Shown here one piece after another: positions 38,221 to 51,429 of a stretch of DNA of 64,000 nucleotides. The DNA comes from Candidatus Latescibacterota bacterium. GTDB lineage: Bacteria; Latescibacterota; UBA2968; UBA8231. The notes beneath the pieces are model-generated. The model searched no databases, had not been told where the DNA came from, and saw only the letters and a program-made list of their open reading frames with translations. The DNA is taken from positions 640,001-704,000 of the forward strand of contig OZ241889.1 of assembly GCA_965203355.1 (NCBI GenBank), written 5' to 3'. The translations under genes were made by a program, and so were the position numbers. Positions within the stretch are counted from its first letter, which is position 1, and each line of letters starts with the position of its first letter.

Positions 38221-39543
38221 CTAGGGATCAAGCGTCTGATTCGCTACGCGCTGTAATTCCTCTGCCACCGATCCGACGTCCCCACCTTCAATGGCCTCTA
38301 TCATGGCCTCTTGAATCAACTTCCGCACTTGTTCATAGCCGACTATCGTCGGCTCCGACTTTCCGTAGTCCAACATGCCAAACGCCACTCCATAGTGCGG
38401 ATTTTCCGCAAAATAGCTTTCTAACTCCCGCGCCGTACTTTTGCGCACCGGAAAGTAGTTGCTTACCCGCACCCATCGCGCTTGCTGCTCGGGGGCCGTA
38501 AACCACTTGAGGAAAAGCCACGCCGCTAGCTGCTTTGCGGGCGGACCGGCGCAGATCGACACACTGGCCCCGTACACGTCGACAACCGGCCGCACCCCCG
38601 TCTGCGGCGGATGGGTTACTCCCCACTCAAAAGCCAACCCAGCGTCCTCAATGCCGCTCTTGTAAAAGGGCAATCCAGAGGAAGAATCCTGCGAGAAGAG
38701 GATATTACCAGTGACGAACTCGTTTAGCTCGGCATCTCGTTCACCGGCGATGTCTATTGCGCCGTCTCGTGCTAGTTCCTGCAACAGTTCTAGGACCGCT
38801 ATAACTTCGGGCGAATCCAGCGCATAGGCCGTGCCGGTTGCATCTACTAGGTCGCCGCCGCGGCTAAAGACCATCGCAGCGAATCGGCTGGCGTCAACAT
38901 CGAGCAAAAAACCCAAGCTGTGCACGGGGTTTTCGTTTTTGCTAAAGGGTTGCTCTTTGGCTTGGCGGCACATCGCGGCAAAATCGTCCCACGTCGCCGG
39001 TGGGGCGTCGTAGCCCAACTCGCGTAGCCAATCGACATTGTAGTAGAGCAGCTCCATTGAGCGATTCGGCGGGAAACCAACCTGCACTCCGCCGATATTG
39101 TCCTGCGCCAGAAACGCTTGGACATAGTCGCTCCTTTCTGCTGGAGACAAGCCCCACTTGGGCGAATCCATATAAGGCGCTATATCCACTATGCCGTCGG
39201 CTTGGTAGTAGGCGAGGGCTTGATTTTGGTAGGCGACGACCAAGCTAGCGGCCAGCGAGCCGCTCTGGATACCCACGTTCATCTTGTTGTAGATATCCCC
39301 ATAGCGCCCCATGTACTCGCCGCGAACCTCAATTCCAGAGCGATTGGTCTGGTTAAAGTCGGCAATCAACTTTTGCAGGGCATCTTCGCGCGGGCCGGTG
39401 TGTTGGTACCAAAAGACGATTTTCTGGCCTTGCGGGTCGAGGGCTTCGATATTGGTCTGCTGCTTGTATACGGCCTCCTGCTGGCCGCCACAGGCCCACA
39501 AAAAAGCACACCAAACCAACGTCATCGCACTTTTCGGTTTCAT
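38221..39543 (-). CDS. ABC sugar/glycerol-phosphate substrate-binding lipoprotein
   Basis: LWAC lipobox, LYYNVDWL, PPATWDDF, AAWLFLKW, YFPVRKS. Confidence 0.88.
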   Translation of the reverse strand: MKPKSAMTLVWCAFLWACGGQQEAVYKQQTNIEALDPQGQKIVFWYQHTGPREDALQKLIADFNQTNRSGIEVRGEYMGRYGDIYNKMNVGIQSGSLAASLVVAYQNQALAYYQADGIVDIAPYMDSPKWGLSPAERSDYVQAFLAQDNIGGVQVGFPPNRSMELLYYNVDWLRELGYDAPPATWDDFAAMCRQAKEQPFSKNENPVHSLGFLLDVDASRFAAMVFSRGGDLVDATGTAYALDSPEVIAVLELLQELARDGAIDIAGERDAELNEFVTGNILFSQDSSSGLPFYKSGIEDAGLAFEWGVTHPPQTGVRPVVDVYGASVSICAGPPAKQLAAWLFLKWFTAPEQQARWVRVSNYFPVRKSTARELESYFAENPHYGVAFGMLDYGKSEPTIVGYEQVRKLIQEAMIEAIEGGDVGSVAEELQRVANQTLDP

Positions 39544-39547
39544 CGCG

Positions 39548-40384
39548 TTATCCTTTGAGTCCAGATATGGAAATGCCTTCGGTGAATTCTCGCTGAATGA
39601 GAAAATACGCTAAAAGTACGGGAGCAGTCGCAATGACCGCTCCCGCCATTTGCAGGTGGACTTCGGTCCCAGCCTCACTAGCAAACTGCTGCAAACCCAC
39701 GGCAATCGGACGCCAATCCGGCGTATTGGTCACCAGTAGCGGCCAAGCCAAGGCGTTCCATGAACCAATAAACGTAAACATACCGACCGTCAAAAGGGGG
39801 GCTCGGCACAAGGGAACCGCAATCTGAAATAGAAAGCGCAGGTGGCCGGCTCCCTCAATCCGGGCCGCATCCCACAGCTCGTTAGGCAGGCCCCGCATAA
39901 ACTGGCGCAAAAGAAAAATGCTAAAAGCACTGGCCATAAAGGGAATAGTTAGGGCCGGCCAGCTATTGAGCCAAGCAAACGGCGTATTGCGGTGCAACCA
40001 AGTCACCACGAGAAAATTCGGCACGATGGTCACGGCCTCGGGGATCATCAACGTAGCCAAGACGCCGGTGAACACCACGTCGCGTCCGCGAAACTCCATC
40101 CGCGCCAACGGGTAAGCCGCCATCAGTGAGAAAAGCAGGGTCCCGCTAACTTGCAGAACGGCGATGATCAGCGAATTCTCAAAGTAGAGACCAAAATCGG
40201 CCTCTTGCCATGCTTCGATATAATTGTCCCACTGGATGCGTTCGGGCAGCAAGACCCGCCGCAGGGACTCGCCGCGGCTCATAAAAGAGGCCAACAGCAT
40301 CCACGCGAACGGAAAGCCCGCGGTCAGCCCCCCCAAGCTCAAGCCGCAGTAAACCAGCCTAGCATTTCCGCTCCTAGTCGCCAT
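39548..40384 (-). CDS. carbohydrate ABC permease
   Basis: ELWDAARIEGAG (EAA loop), SWNALAWPL, ISGLKG. Confidence 0.9.
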   Translation of the reverse strand: MATRSGNARLVYCGLSLGGLTAGFPFAWMLLASFMSRGESLRRVLLPERIQWDNYIEAWQEADFGLYFENSLIIAVLQVSGTLLFSLMAAYPLARMEFRGRDVVFTGVLATLMIPEAVTIVPNFLVVTWLHRNTPFAWLNSWPALTIPFMASAFSIFLLRQFMRGLPNELWDAARIEGAGHLRFLFQIAVPLCRAPLLTVGMFTFIGSWNALAWPLLVTNTPDWRPIAVGLQQFASEAGTEVHLQMAGAVIATAPVLLAYFLIQREFTEGISISGLKG

Positions 40385-41513
40385 AAAACACCCGCCTGCC
40401 GAGCACCCGGTTTTGCAGTAGCGTCAACGCCAAAATCGCAATGAAGAGCACAAAGGCCATCGCCGAGGCATAGCCCGCGTTGTGGTACTCGAAAACCTGG
40501 TCGAAAATGGCAATACTGAGCACATCGACCGAGTCTCGGGCACCCGGCGTTCGCAGAATATAAACATGATTAAAGGCTTTGAAGGTCCCAATGACGGCCA
40601 CCATCGATAAAAAGAACAGAGTCGGTGAGACTAAAGGCAGGGTAATGTGGCGAAAGACTTGCCACTCGCCCGCGCCGTCCATCTCCGCGGCCTCGTAATA
40701 TTGCCCGGGGATCGCACTGAGGCCGGCCAGTAAAATCACCGTATCGTAGCCGACATAGACCCAAATGTTGTAGAGGATGATCGAGGTCAGGGCTAGGCTC
40801 GGGAAGATGCTGTCCACCCACTCGGGGTAAGAAGCGAAACCGGCTCCCTGTAGTAACAGAGCTACAACGGACTTACTTTCGTAGAGCCAGCGCTGATTCT
40901 CCAGCCCCCAAAGGCTCCAGAAGCGATTGGCCAGCGAGGAAGGATGCGGGCTAAAGATGGTGCGAAAAACCACGGCGGAGGCGATGATCGGCGTGATATA
41001 AGGCAGGAAAAACAGCGTGCGAAACGCGCCCCTAGTCCGCGTGATCTTGAAGAGCAAATACGCTAGGCCGGTAGCCAAGCTCAGTTGGAACGGAATCGTC
41101 CCGGCTGCGTAGAAAAACGTGACCCTGAATCCGTTGTATAGCACTGGATCGCCCGTCGCAACTAAGCCTCTCAAACCCTGAGCCAATCCCACCCAAAGTC
41201 CCAACAGTACGACCGCGCCCCACGCAATGTGGACATAAAGGGGACGCAGACCGCGCTCGGACAATGGGGCGCACAGGCGATAGGCGACCCAGACGAGGCC
41301 GATCCCGGCGACGAAGGGCAACAAATACTGCGGATCACCCAAGGCGCGGACATAGTGGTCAAACCCTATCACCGCTTCTTTCTTGATCCGCCACTTGTGC
41401 AAGCTGACATACAAGGCATAGCCGATAGGGAAGAGTCCAAAAGCACCCAGCACGACAAGTGCCGGCGCGAGGAGACCCCAAGCAAGCTGTTGTTCTCGGA
41501 TGCGGGTACTCAT
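40374..41513 (-). CDS. carbohydrate ABC permease
   Basis: YYEAAEMDGAG, HITLPLVSPT, GYASAMA. Confidence 0.9.
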   Translation of the reverse strand: MSTRIREQQLAWGLLAPALVVLGAFGLFPIGYALYVSLHKWRIKKEAVIGFDHYVRALGDPQYLLPFVAGIGLVWVAYRLCAPLSERGLRPLYVHIAWGAVVLLGLWVGLAQGLRGLVATGDPVLYNGFRVTFFYAAGTIPFQLSLATGLAYLLFKITRTRGAFRTLFFLPYITPIIASAVVFRTIFSPHPSSLANRFWSLWGLENQRWLYESKSVVALLLQGAGFASYPEWVDSIFPSLALTSIILYNIWVYVGYDTVILLAGLSAIPGQYYEAAEMDGAGEWQVFRHITLPLVSPTLFFLSMVAVIGTFKAFNHVYILRTPGARDSVDVLSIAIFDQVFEYHNAGYASAMAFVLFIAILALTLLQNRVLGRRVFYGD

Positions 41514-41636
41514 TGGCGTGAGATATTGCTGCGGTGCGAGGCTATTTGCGAGGAGAATGTGGCCCCGTCCCGATTTTCGGCAGGATCTAGGCCTGAAGAA
41601 GAAGGCTCCCGAAGCGTTCCCTTCAGGAGCCGAGAT

Positions 41637-41712
41637 TGGCTGCCCCCCTAGGGCTCGAACCTAGAACCTCCTGATCCAGAGTCAGGCGCACTTCCAATTG
41701 TGCTAGAGGGCA
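41637..41712 (-). tRNA. tRNA-Gln(CTG)
   Basis: TGCCCTC acceptor, CCTGA-CT-CTG-GA-TCAGG anticodon arm, GGTTCGAGCCC T-arm, CCA end. Confidence 0.95.
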
Positions 41713-41724
41713 ACTAACCCAAAT

Positions 41725-41818
<94 letters not shown>

Positions 41819-41896
41819 GCGACCATTGCAAAATAAGTTTTTGACGTGTTCCCACCGCTAAAAGAGGTGGGATTGTAGCGGCATCAAATTGGTAAA

Positions 41897-41983
41897 TGGC
41901 GGAGGGTGAGGGATTCGAACCCTCAAGGGCGTGAGCCCGGCGATTTTCAAGACCGCTGCCTTACCAATTAGGTCTAACCCTCC
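41897..41983 (-). tRNA. tRNA-Ser(TGA)
   Basis: GGAGGGT acceptor, GCGGT-CT-TGA-AA-ATCGC, variable arm, TTCGAATCC, CCA. Confidence 0.95.
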
Positions 41984-42023
41984 TTTTTCCGGAGGAAAAA
42001 TATACATGAGGCCCTATCTTAGG

Positions 42024-44522
42024 TCAACCCAAAGCCTTCTCATCGGACTTGCCGTTTTCCACGCATGTCTCGTCCTCGTTGTTGGGCAGCGGGGCCATGT
42101 CGATAACCCGGTCTCCTTCGTCCAGATTGATCACCCGGACTCCTTGAGTATTGCGTCCGATGGTGGATAGCCCTTGTACAGAGATGCGGATCATAATGCC
42201 GTTCTGGGTTACCACCATGACCTCCTCTTCGCCTTCGATCTCCCTGCAAGCCACTACCGGGCCGTTGCGCGGGGTGGTCTTGATGTCGATGACGCCTTGG
42301 CCACCGCGGTGCTTACAGGGGTACTCGGCCTGAAAAGTGCGCTTGCCATAGCCGTTTTCGCAGATGGTCAGCAAGGAGCTACTTTCGCGCACCACGACCA
42401 TGTCCACCACTTCGTCGTCTTGGCGCAAGCTAATGCCTTTAACGCCCGTAGAAACCCGGCCCATCGCGCGCACTTCGCTTTCGCTAAAGCGCATGGCTTG
42501 GCCATTGCGCGTCAACAGGGCAATATCCTGCTGTCCGTCGGTGACCGCTGCCCCAATCAGGTCGTCGTCGTCTTGGATCTTCAGAGCGATGATCCCGTCG
42601 CGGCGGATATTCTGGTAGGCCGAGAGCCTAGTTTTCTTGACAATGCCGTTGCGCGTAGCCGTGAACAAGTACTGATCATCGGAGAACTCTTGGACGGGCA
42701 CGATGGCGCATATTTGGTCGTCTTGACCAAGCGGCAACAGGTTGGCTATCGATCGCCCTTGGGCCGTCCGGTCGCCTTCGGGTATGCGAAAGACCTTGAG
42801 CCAGTAACACTTGCCCTTGGCCGTCAAAAACATGATGTAGGAATGGGTTGACGCCACGAAGAGGTGTTCGACAAAATCCTCTTCCTTGGTTTTCATGCCT
42901 GTCACCCCGCGGCCACCGCGGTTCTGTACTCGGTAGGACCTAGGGGGTAGGCGCTTGATATAGCCGCTGCGCGAGATGGTGACGACCATGTCTTCTTCGG
43001 CAATCAGGTCCTCAATGTCGAATTCCTCGGCTGCATAGACGATCTCAGTGCGCCGCTCGTCACCGAAGCGCTCGGCCATTTCATCAATCTCGTCCTTGAT
43101 GATCTGCATCTGCCGCGCGCGGCTGGCGAGGATGGCTCTCTGGTCCTCAATCGTCGTTAGCAGATCCTTGTACTCGGCCTCGATCTTATCGCGCTCCAAG
43201 CCCGTCAGGCGCTGCAATGGCATGCTTAGGATCGCTTGGATCTGCCGTGCGCTCAACTCGAATTGCCCGGGCACCTCCGGGCGTAGGCTAGCCAGCCGCT
43301 CTTGAGCATCGGCCGGACTCGACGAATGGCGGATGGTCTCAATCACTAGGTCAATGTGATCTAGGGCGAAGCGCAGGCCCTCTAGAATGTGCGCTCGCGC
43401 TTCAGCTTTATCCAAATCGAATTGGGTACGGCGCACGATCACCTCGTGGCGGTGGTCGATATAGTGCTGTAGCATCTGCTTGAGATTGAGCGTTTCGGGA
43501 CGGCCATTGACAATGGCCAACATCATTACCCCATAGGTAGCCTGCAACATGCTATGGCTATAGAGCTGATTGAGCACCACCTCAGCTTGGGCTTCCCTCT
43601 TGCACTCAAACACAATGCGCAGCCCCCTGCGGCCCGATTCGTCGCGAATATTGGCGAGTCCGTCAATGGTCTTATCGCGCACCAAGTCGGCGATTTTCTC
43701 TAACAGGCTGGCCTTGTTTACTAAGAAGGGGATTTCGGTGACGACGATGTTTTCGCGCCCGTTCTTGAGGGTCTCAATATCCGCCCGCGCTCTGATATAG
43801 ATCAGTCCTCGGCCCGTTGCGTAGGCCTGCTGTACCCCGCTCATGCCGTAGATGATCCCGCCGGTGGGGAAATCAGGGGCTTTGACGTGATCAAGCAGTT
43901 CGGCAATAGAAATGTCAGGACGATCAATTATCACCTTGAGGCCACTGGCGACTTCCCGCAGGTTGTGCGGCGGAATCTTGGTGGCCATGCCGACGGCAAT
44001 GCCCATGGAGCCGTTGCATATCAGGTTTGGGAACCTAGACGGAAAAACTAGCGGCTCTTGTTGCGTCTCGTCGTAGTTGCTGGCGAATTCGACGGTATTC
44101 TTGTCGAGATCCGCTAGCAGTTCCATCGCTGGCCAGCTCAACCTCGCCTCTGTGTAGCGCATGGCCGCTGGAGGGTAGCCGTCAATGGATCCGAAGTTGC
44201 CTTGGCCTTGTACCAGCGGATACCGAAAACGAAAGTTTTGCGCCATATGCACTAGGGTCGGATAGACAATGTCTTCGCCGTGCGGGTGGTAGTTGCCAGA
44301 AGTATCTCCGGCTATCTTGGCGCATTTGCGGTACCCGCGGTTGGGAAAAAGGCTTAGGTCGTTCATCGCTACCAAGATGCGGCGTTGGGATGGCTTAAGC
44401 CCATCCCGAACATCGGGCAACGCACGCGACCGTATGAAGCTCATTGAATAGTCGAGGAAGGAGGTTTTGAGTTCCTCCTCAATCTTGACCCGAATGACCC
44501 GGCTTTCTTGCTGTTCGAGCAT
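42024..44522 (-). CDS. gyrA: DNA gyrase subunit A
   Basis: RALPDVRDGLKP, YHPHG, AAMRYTEARL, GyrA-box QNRGGRG, beta-pinwheel repeats. Confidence 0.97.
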   Translation of the reverse strand: MLEQQESRVIRVKIEEELKTSFLDYSMSFIRSRALPDVRDGLKPSQRRILVAMNDLSLFPNRGYRKCAKIAGDTSGNYHPHGEDIVYPTLVHMAQNFRFRYPLVQGQGNFGSIDGYPPAAMRYTEARLSWPAMELLADLDKNTVEFASNYDETQQEPLVFPSRFPNLICNGSMGIAVGMATKIPPHNLREVASGLKVIIDRPDISIAELLDHVKAPDFPTGGIIYGMSGVQQAYATGRGLIYIRARADIETLKNGRENIVVTEIPFLVNKASLLEKIADLVRDKTIDGLANIRDESGRRGLRIVFECKREAQAEVVLNQLYSHSMLQATYGVMMLAIVNGRPETLNLKQMLQHYIDHRHEVIVRRTQFDLDKAEARAHILEGLRFALDHIDLVIETIRHSSSPADAQERLASLRPEVPGQFELSARQIQAILSMPLQRLTGLERDKIEAEYKDLLTTIEDQRAILASRARQMQIIKDEIDEMAERFGDERRTEIVYAAEEFDIEDLIAEEDMVVTISRSGYIKRLPPRSYRVQNRGGRGVTGMKTKEEDFVEHLFVASTHSYIMFLTAKGKCYWLKVFRIPEGDRTAQGRSIANLLPLGQDDQICAIVPVQEFSDDQYLFTATRNGIVKKTRLSAYQNIRRDGIIALKIQDDDDLIGAAVTDGQQDIALLTRNGQAMRFSESEVRAMGRVSTGVKGISLRQDDEVVDMVVVRESSSLLTICENGYGKRTFQAEYPCKHRGGQGVIDIKTTPRNGPVVACREIEGEEEVMVVTQNGIMIRISVQGLSTIGRNTQGVRVINLDEGDRVIDMAPLPNNEDETCVENGKSDEKALG

Positions 44523-44548
44523 TAATTAAATCCTAGGCTTTTGTCGTT

Positions 44549-46843
<2,295 letters not shown>

Positions 46844-46869
<26 letters not shown>

Positions 46870-47932
46870 AACAGGCTTCCTGCCTTGTATTAGGTTCTTG
46901 GGGAGTCGTCGCTACGACCTGTTCAAACTCACCCACTATGTCCAATAGTTCTCCAATCCGGCCTGAATCCAACTCTGAAAAAGCATCGTCTAAGAGCAGT
47001 ACAGGTTGCCGACCCGTTTGCTCTTCCATGTAACGGGCTTCTGCCAGCTTCCACGATATGAGTACGGTTCTTAGCTGGCCTTCAGAGGCATAGACTTCGG
47101 CCGGTTCTCCGTTTAACGTGAATCTCAAATCATCGCGGTGCGGTCCACAGAGAGTATAGCCCATCTGGGTTTCCTGTTCCCTGCGGCGACTGAGTGCCTC
47201 GCGCAACTCGGCTCCAAGAGCCTCCAAGTCCTGTTCCTTGGCACCTTGATAGACAATAGCTGCCTCTTCACCAGCTAAGGCGAGGCGACCGTAATAGCGG
47301 AGAAAGGGCAATTTCAACCTATCCAGGGCCGCTAGGCGATACAGGCGAAGTTGGGCACCCAAATCCACTAGCTGGGCATCCCATGGTTCCATTATTTGAC
47401 CATTGATAAGCTCATGCCCCGCCTTCTTCGCAGTGCGCAATAAGTGGTTTCTCTGAGCTAAGACGCGGTAATAGCGCTGCATGTAGCGCAAGTACGCTGT
47501 GCTAGACTGCGCGATAAGTATGTCGAGGAGCCGCCTTCGCGGGGCGGGGAAACGCAACACCAGCGATACGTCTTCAGGAGAAAAGTGAACGGTACATAAG
47601 GTGCCCAGTAACTCCGAGACGCGAGGCAAGGGAGTGGCATCGATAAATGCCTTCTTGCCTCCCTTTTTACTGTAAAAGACGCGTACTTGCTGGTCGTGGC
47701 GGCCATCACTACACAAGGCTCGGATATCAAAGAAGTCTTCGCCATGTGGCACGACGTGTTGATCCTTGGCCCCGCGCACTGACTTACCGATAGATAAGTA
47801 GGAAATCGCTTCTAGAATATTGCTTTTACCGCGGCCGTTTGGGCCAAAAATCAGCACGCGATCTGCGGCAAAGCCCAAGTGAATCGCGGCAAAATTGCGG
47901 AAGGGTCTCAGAGTTAATTCGCGGATCCGCAC
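46844..47932 (-). CDS. recF: DNA replication/repair protein RecF
   Basis: FRN, GPNGRGKSNILEAI, GPHRDDL, SEGQ, LLLDDAFSELD. Confidence 0.96.
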
Positions 47933-47946
47933 TACTACTGCTTACC

Positions 47947-49092
47947 TCATCCTGTTGGCCGCAAGGGCATTAGCAAGCAGAAGTAATCCTCCCCTTCCTT
48001 TTGTTCCACCGGTCGCAATAAGGCTGCAGTGACGTGGTCGTTGAGTTGGAAACGGACCTCGGACGTTTCCATCTTGCGCAGGATTTCCATCAGATATTGG
48101 GCATTGTAGCCAACCTCTAGCTCTTCAGCAGCATATTGGGCTGGTACGCTTTCCCTCGCTTCGCCACCGATTTCGGGGCTGGTGGCCGACAGTTCAACCT
48201 GGCCACTATTCAACTTAAAACGCACTTGGCGCGTATAAGAGCTGGAGAGTATGGATACCCGGCGTACGGCCGGCAGCAGGTCTTCGCTAGCTATTCTTAG
48301 CTCTTTTGTGTTGTTTTGCGGAATGACTTGGGCATAGTTGACATACGGTCCCTCAATCAGGCGCGACAGCAAATGCGTATGTCCTATATCAAACAGGATC
48401 TGGGTCTCGCCTAGCGTGACGTTGACTGACCCCTTATGGCTACCTAGCAACTTGACGATCTGGTTCAACACTTGGGGAGGTACGATGACCGCGGTCTCTT
48501 GGTCGCCCTGTACCTGCTCCTGCAAATCTATGGCTAATCTGTAACAAGCTAAGCGCGACCCGTCGGTAGCCACCATCTCCATTCCCTGCCCATCAATGCG
48601 CCAGAGCACCCCATTGAACACAGGCCGCGTATCATCGCCGGAAACGGCAAAGGCCGTCTTGTTGATCATATCTACCAGAACATCTCCCAGACTCAGGCTT
48701 ACGCCGTCGAGGGTTGTCGGCATAGGAGGAAACTCGTCAGCCTCTATTCCCGACAAGCTATACGCTCCTTCGCTGCTTTCAGCGTCCCCGAGCCGTCCTG
48801 AGAGCTTGAGGCGCTCGTCCTGCACCTCAATACTCACTTCCGTATCGGGCCATTCTCGAATGATTTCTGCCAGTTTGCGCCCCGAAACAGTCGTCCTCCC
48901 ATTCTCCTCCACTACAGCAGGGACTTGAGTCCGGATGGACAAGTCTAAATCCGTCGCCGATAGAGAGAGGATTTTCTCATCGGCCTCAAGCAGGATATTA
49001 GCCAACACTGGTAGGGAGGGTTTTGATGACACAGCTTCTAACACAGTATCAATGCCCCGCCATAATTCACTGCGATCCACTCTTAACTTCAT
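47947..49092 (-). CDS. dnaN: DNA polymerase III beta clamp
   Basis: ATDLD, ATDGSRL, SRLIEGPY, GYNAQYL, LLMPLR. Confidence 0.96.
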   Translation of the reverse strand: MKLRVDRSELWRGIDTVLEAVSSKPSLPVLANILLEADEKILSLSATDLDLSIRTQVPAVVEENGRTTVSGRKLAEIIREWPDTEVSIEVQDERLKLSGRLGDAESSEGAYSLSGIEADEFPPMPTTLDGVSLSLGDVLVDMINKTAFAVSGDDTRPVFNGVLWRIDGQGMEMVATDGSRLACYRLAIDLQEQVQGDQETAVIVPPQVLNQIVKLLGSHKGSVNVTLGETQILFDIGHTHLLSRLIEGPYVNYAQVIPQNNTKELRIASEDLLPAVRRVSILSSSYTRQVRFKLNSGQVELSATSPEIGGEARESVPAQYAAEELEVGYNAQYLMEILRKMETSEVRFQLNDHVTAALLRPVEQKEGEDYFCLLMPLRPTG

Positions 49093-49685
49093 ATCGGAGA
49101 ATCCTTCTGAAATCCTTTTTTTAGGGGTTAGTTTGTTCCAGTCTTCCGACGGTGGTGGCGTGCTCGTTTTAGTCTGGCCGATAGCCCCTAAAATTCTCGT
49201 AAGTTAAAAAATTAAGAAATAAACTTAGCTTTTATCCCTACTGACGTCAAGTTAAATTCTATAATATAGGGTCCCATTTTTCAACAGAATAGAAAATTGA
49301 ATTGAACATATGAGTAGGTGTGTAAAAAAGTGTGTAGAATCAAAAGTCACAATCCACACCCATACTTCTAATAGGACTATACTTTTTGTGTTATTTTGTT
49401 TTCTGAGGTTATAGTTATGGTGTGGATATGTGGACAACTCTATTAAGAAGCTGTCCGTAAAGAATAAAAGGTATTGTTAATAAGATACTTATATAACCAT
49501 GTTAATAACTTGCCAACAGGAGTTTGTCTGTGGATTGTGAAGTGGAAAACTCTGGTTTTTCACACGCAAGGGGCCAAAAACGACGATTTTCTTCTTTTGA
49601 CAAACTTATCCACACCAATCAATACTTGGTTGGGGATAGATGTTGATAGTTTTCCACTGACAAATAGGCACTAATAAAGATGGGG
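49093..49685. other. replication origin oriC (dnaA-dnaN intergenic region)
   Basis: Perfect DnaA box TTATCCACA at 49606-49614; near-boxes at 49350, 49421, 49429, 49529 and 49541; AT-rich tracts; core genes point away from this region on both sides. Confidence 0.88.
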
Positions 49686-51083
49686 CTAGCGGCCTTGCCT
49701 ACGGATGGTATCCAACAAAGCCTCAACTAGTCTAGCAAAGGCGGGATCGTTTTCATACCGCTTCTTAACAGTGTTTACAGCGTGGATGACCGTGCTGTGG
49801 TCGCGACTCCCGAAGTGCAAGCCGATGGTAGTGAAGTGACTGCCGAGGAGAGTCCTGATCAAATACATGGCAATGTGCCGTGCCGTTGCCACGTCTTGCT
49901 TGCGTCCTTTACCAATGAGTTGATCACGAGTCAAATTAAAGTGGTCGGCGACCTGCTGTTGGATCGCCTCAATGCTCACTTCCGAAGGGCTGGGACCCAA
50001 TTCATCTAAAATGTGCTTGGCCGCCCCGAGGTCGAGTTCCTTCTTGTGGATTGAGCAGTAGGCCATCAAGCTAATCAACGTACCTTCGAGTTCGCGGACA
50101 TTCGACCGAATATGGTTGCCCAACAAAGCGGCCACATCGTGGGGAATCCGTATGCCGTTGCGCTCGGCCTTCTTGTGGAGGATGGCAATTCGAGTCTCAA
50201 GTTCAGGCGGGTTTATTGCGGTGGCTAAACCCCATATGAAGCGAGATTTTAACCGTTCTTCTAACCCATCAAGATGACCTGGGGGACTGTCGCAGGTCAT
50301 GACAATCTGCTTCTCGGACTGGTGCAAGGCATTAAAGGTGTGAAAAAATTCGTTTTGGGTCCGTTCGCCGTGAAGCAGAAACTGGATGTCGTCGACAAGG
50401 AGGATATCCGCGCTGCGGTAGAAATTCTTAAACTCACTCGTCTTATCGCGCCCTTGAGCAAGTGCTTGGACAAAATCGCCCATAAATTTTTCCGAGGTGA
50501 CGTAAACGACCTTCTCAGCGAGGTTGAGGCTATGAGCGCGATGCCCAATCGCTTGGAGCAGATGCGTTTTACCTAGCCCAGCATCACCATAAATAACGAG
50601 GGGATTAAATTCCGTCCTACCTGGGGCATTGGCTACGGCTAAGGCTGTCGCTAGGGCAATTTGATTGCTATCACCAATGATGAATTCTTCAAAGGTATAG
50701 CGCTTGTTGAGCGATTGGGCAGGAGCTGCTTCTATTTCTTTTTGTTCGTCTTCTGTGGGATCTCTTTTGTTTGCAGATACCTCCGGCTCAACAGGTCGCA
50801 CTCGATCGACAACAGATTGAGGGGCTTGTGTAACTACAAAGGAGATATCGGGAGTCAGTGCTGTCTCTTCCCACACTACGGACTGGATCATCTGCAAGTA
50901 GTGTTCTTCTATCCAAGCGGCTGAAAATGCGCTGGGGACTTGGATGACCAATGAGTCTTGGTCGAAATGACTCACTGAAGTCTGCTTAAACCAATTAGTA
51001 AAACTTTGAGGACGAACTTGACGCTCTATGTTGAGCAGACATTGGGCCCAGAGTTCTTGGGGATCTTGTATTTCCAGTGCCAT
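49686..51083 (-). CDS. dnaA: chromosomal replication initiator DnaA
   Basis: YTFEEF, NPLVIYGDAGLGKTHL, LLVDDIQF, NVRELEG, RDHSTVIHA. Confidence 0.98.
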   Translation of the reverse strand: MALEIQDPQELWAQCLLNIERQVRPQSFTNWFKQTSVSHFDQDSLVIQVPSAFSAAWIEEHYLQMIQSVVWEETALTPDISFVVTQAPQSVVDRVRPVEPEVSANKRDPTEDEQKEIEAAPAQSLNKRYTFEEFIIGDSNQIALATALAVANAPGRTEFNPLVIYGDAGLGKTHLLQAIGHRAHSLNLAEKVVYVTSEKFMGDFVQALAQGRDKTSEFKNFYRSADILLVDDIQFLLHGERTQNEFFHTFNALHQSEKQIVMTCDSPPGHLDGLEERLKSRFIWGLATAINPPELETRIAILHKKAERNGIRIPHDVAALLGNHIRSNVRELEGTLISLMAYCSIHKKELDLGAAKHILDELGPSPSEVSIEAIQQQVADHFNLTRDQLIGKGRKQDVATARHIAMYLIRTLLGSHFTTIGLHFGSRDHSTVIHAVNTVKKRYENDPAFARLVEALLDTIRRQGR

Positions 51084-51128
51084 TTATTAAACGAAGAACG
51101 AAGATCGCAGTCTTTAAGGGGGATTTTC

Positions 51129-51157
51129 AACCTATGAAGAAGGCATACATCAGTCAA
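51129..51157 (-). promoter_or_regulatory. candidate sigma70 promoter of dnaA
   Basis: TTGACT-N17-TAGGTT on the - strand, 45 bp upstream of the ATG. Confidence 0.5.
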
Positions 51158-51291
51158 GAGTTTCCCGCGAAGTTTCATTGAGTCCGTTAGCGTTCAACGA
51201 GTTGAAAGTATTGACACTTATGAAATAGCCACTAAATTAAAATGTTTATGCGTATTCTGCACGTAAACCAACGCGAGGTGAGAATTTTATT

Positions 51292-51426
51292 TTGAAACGT
51301 ACATTTCAGCCTAGCAACAGACGCCGCCGCAATAAGCACGGTTTTCGCAAGCGGATGAGTACGCCGGCCGGTCGCAACATCATCAATCGTCGCCGGAGAA
51401 AGGGCCGCAAGAAGCTAGCTATCTAG
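51292..51426 (+). CDS. rpmH: 50S ribosomal protein L34
   Basis: Manual translation: (TTG)[43 protein letters not shown]; below the ORF-track cutoff. Confidence 0.97.
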   Translation: MKRTFQPSNRRRRNKHGFRKRMSTPAGRNIINRRRRKGRKKLAI

Positions 51427-51429
51427 TGC

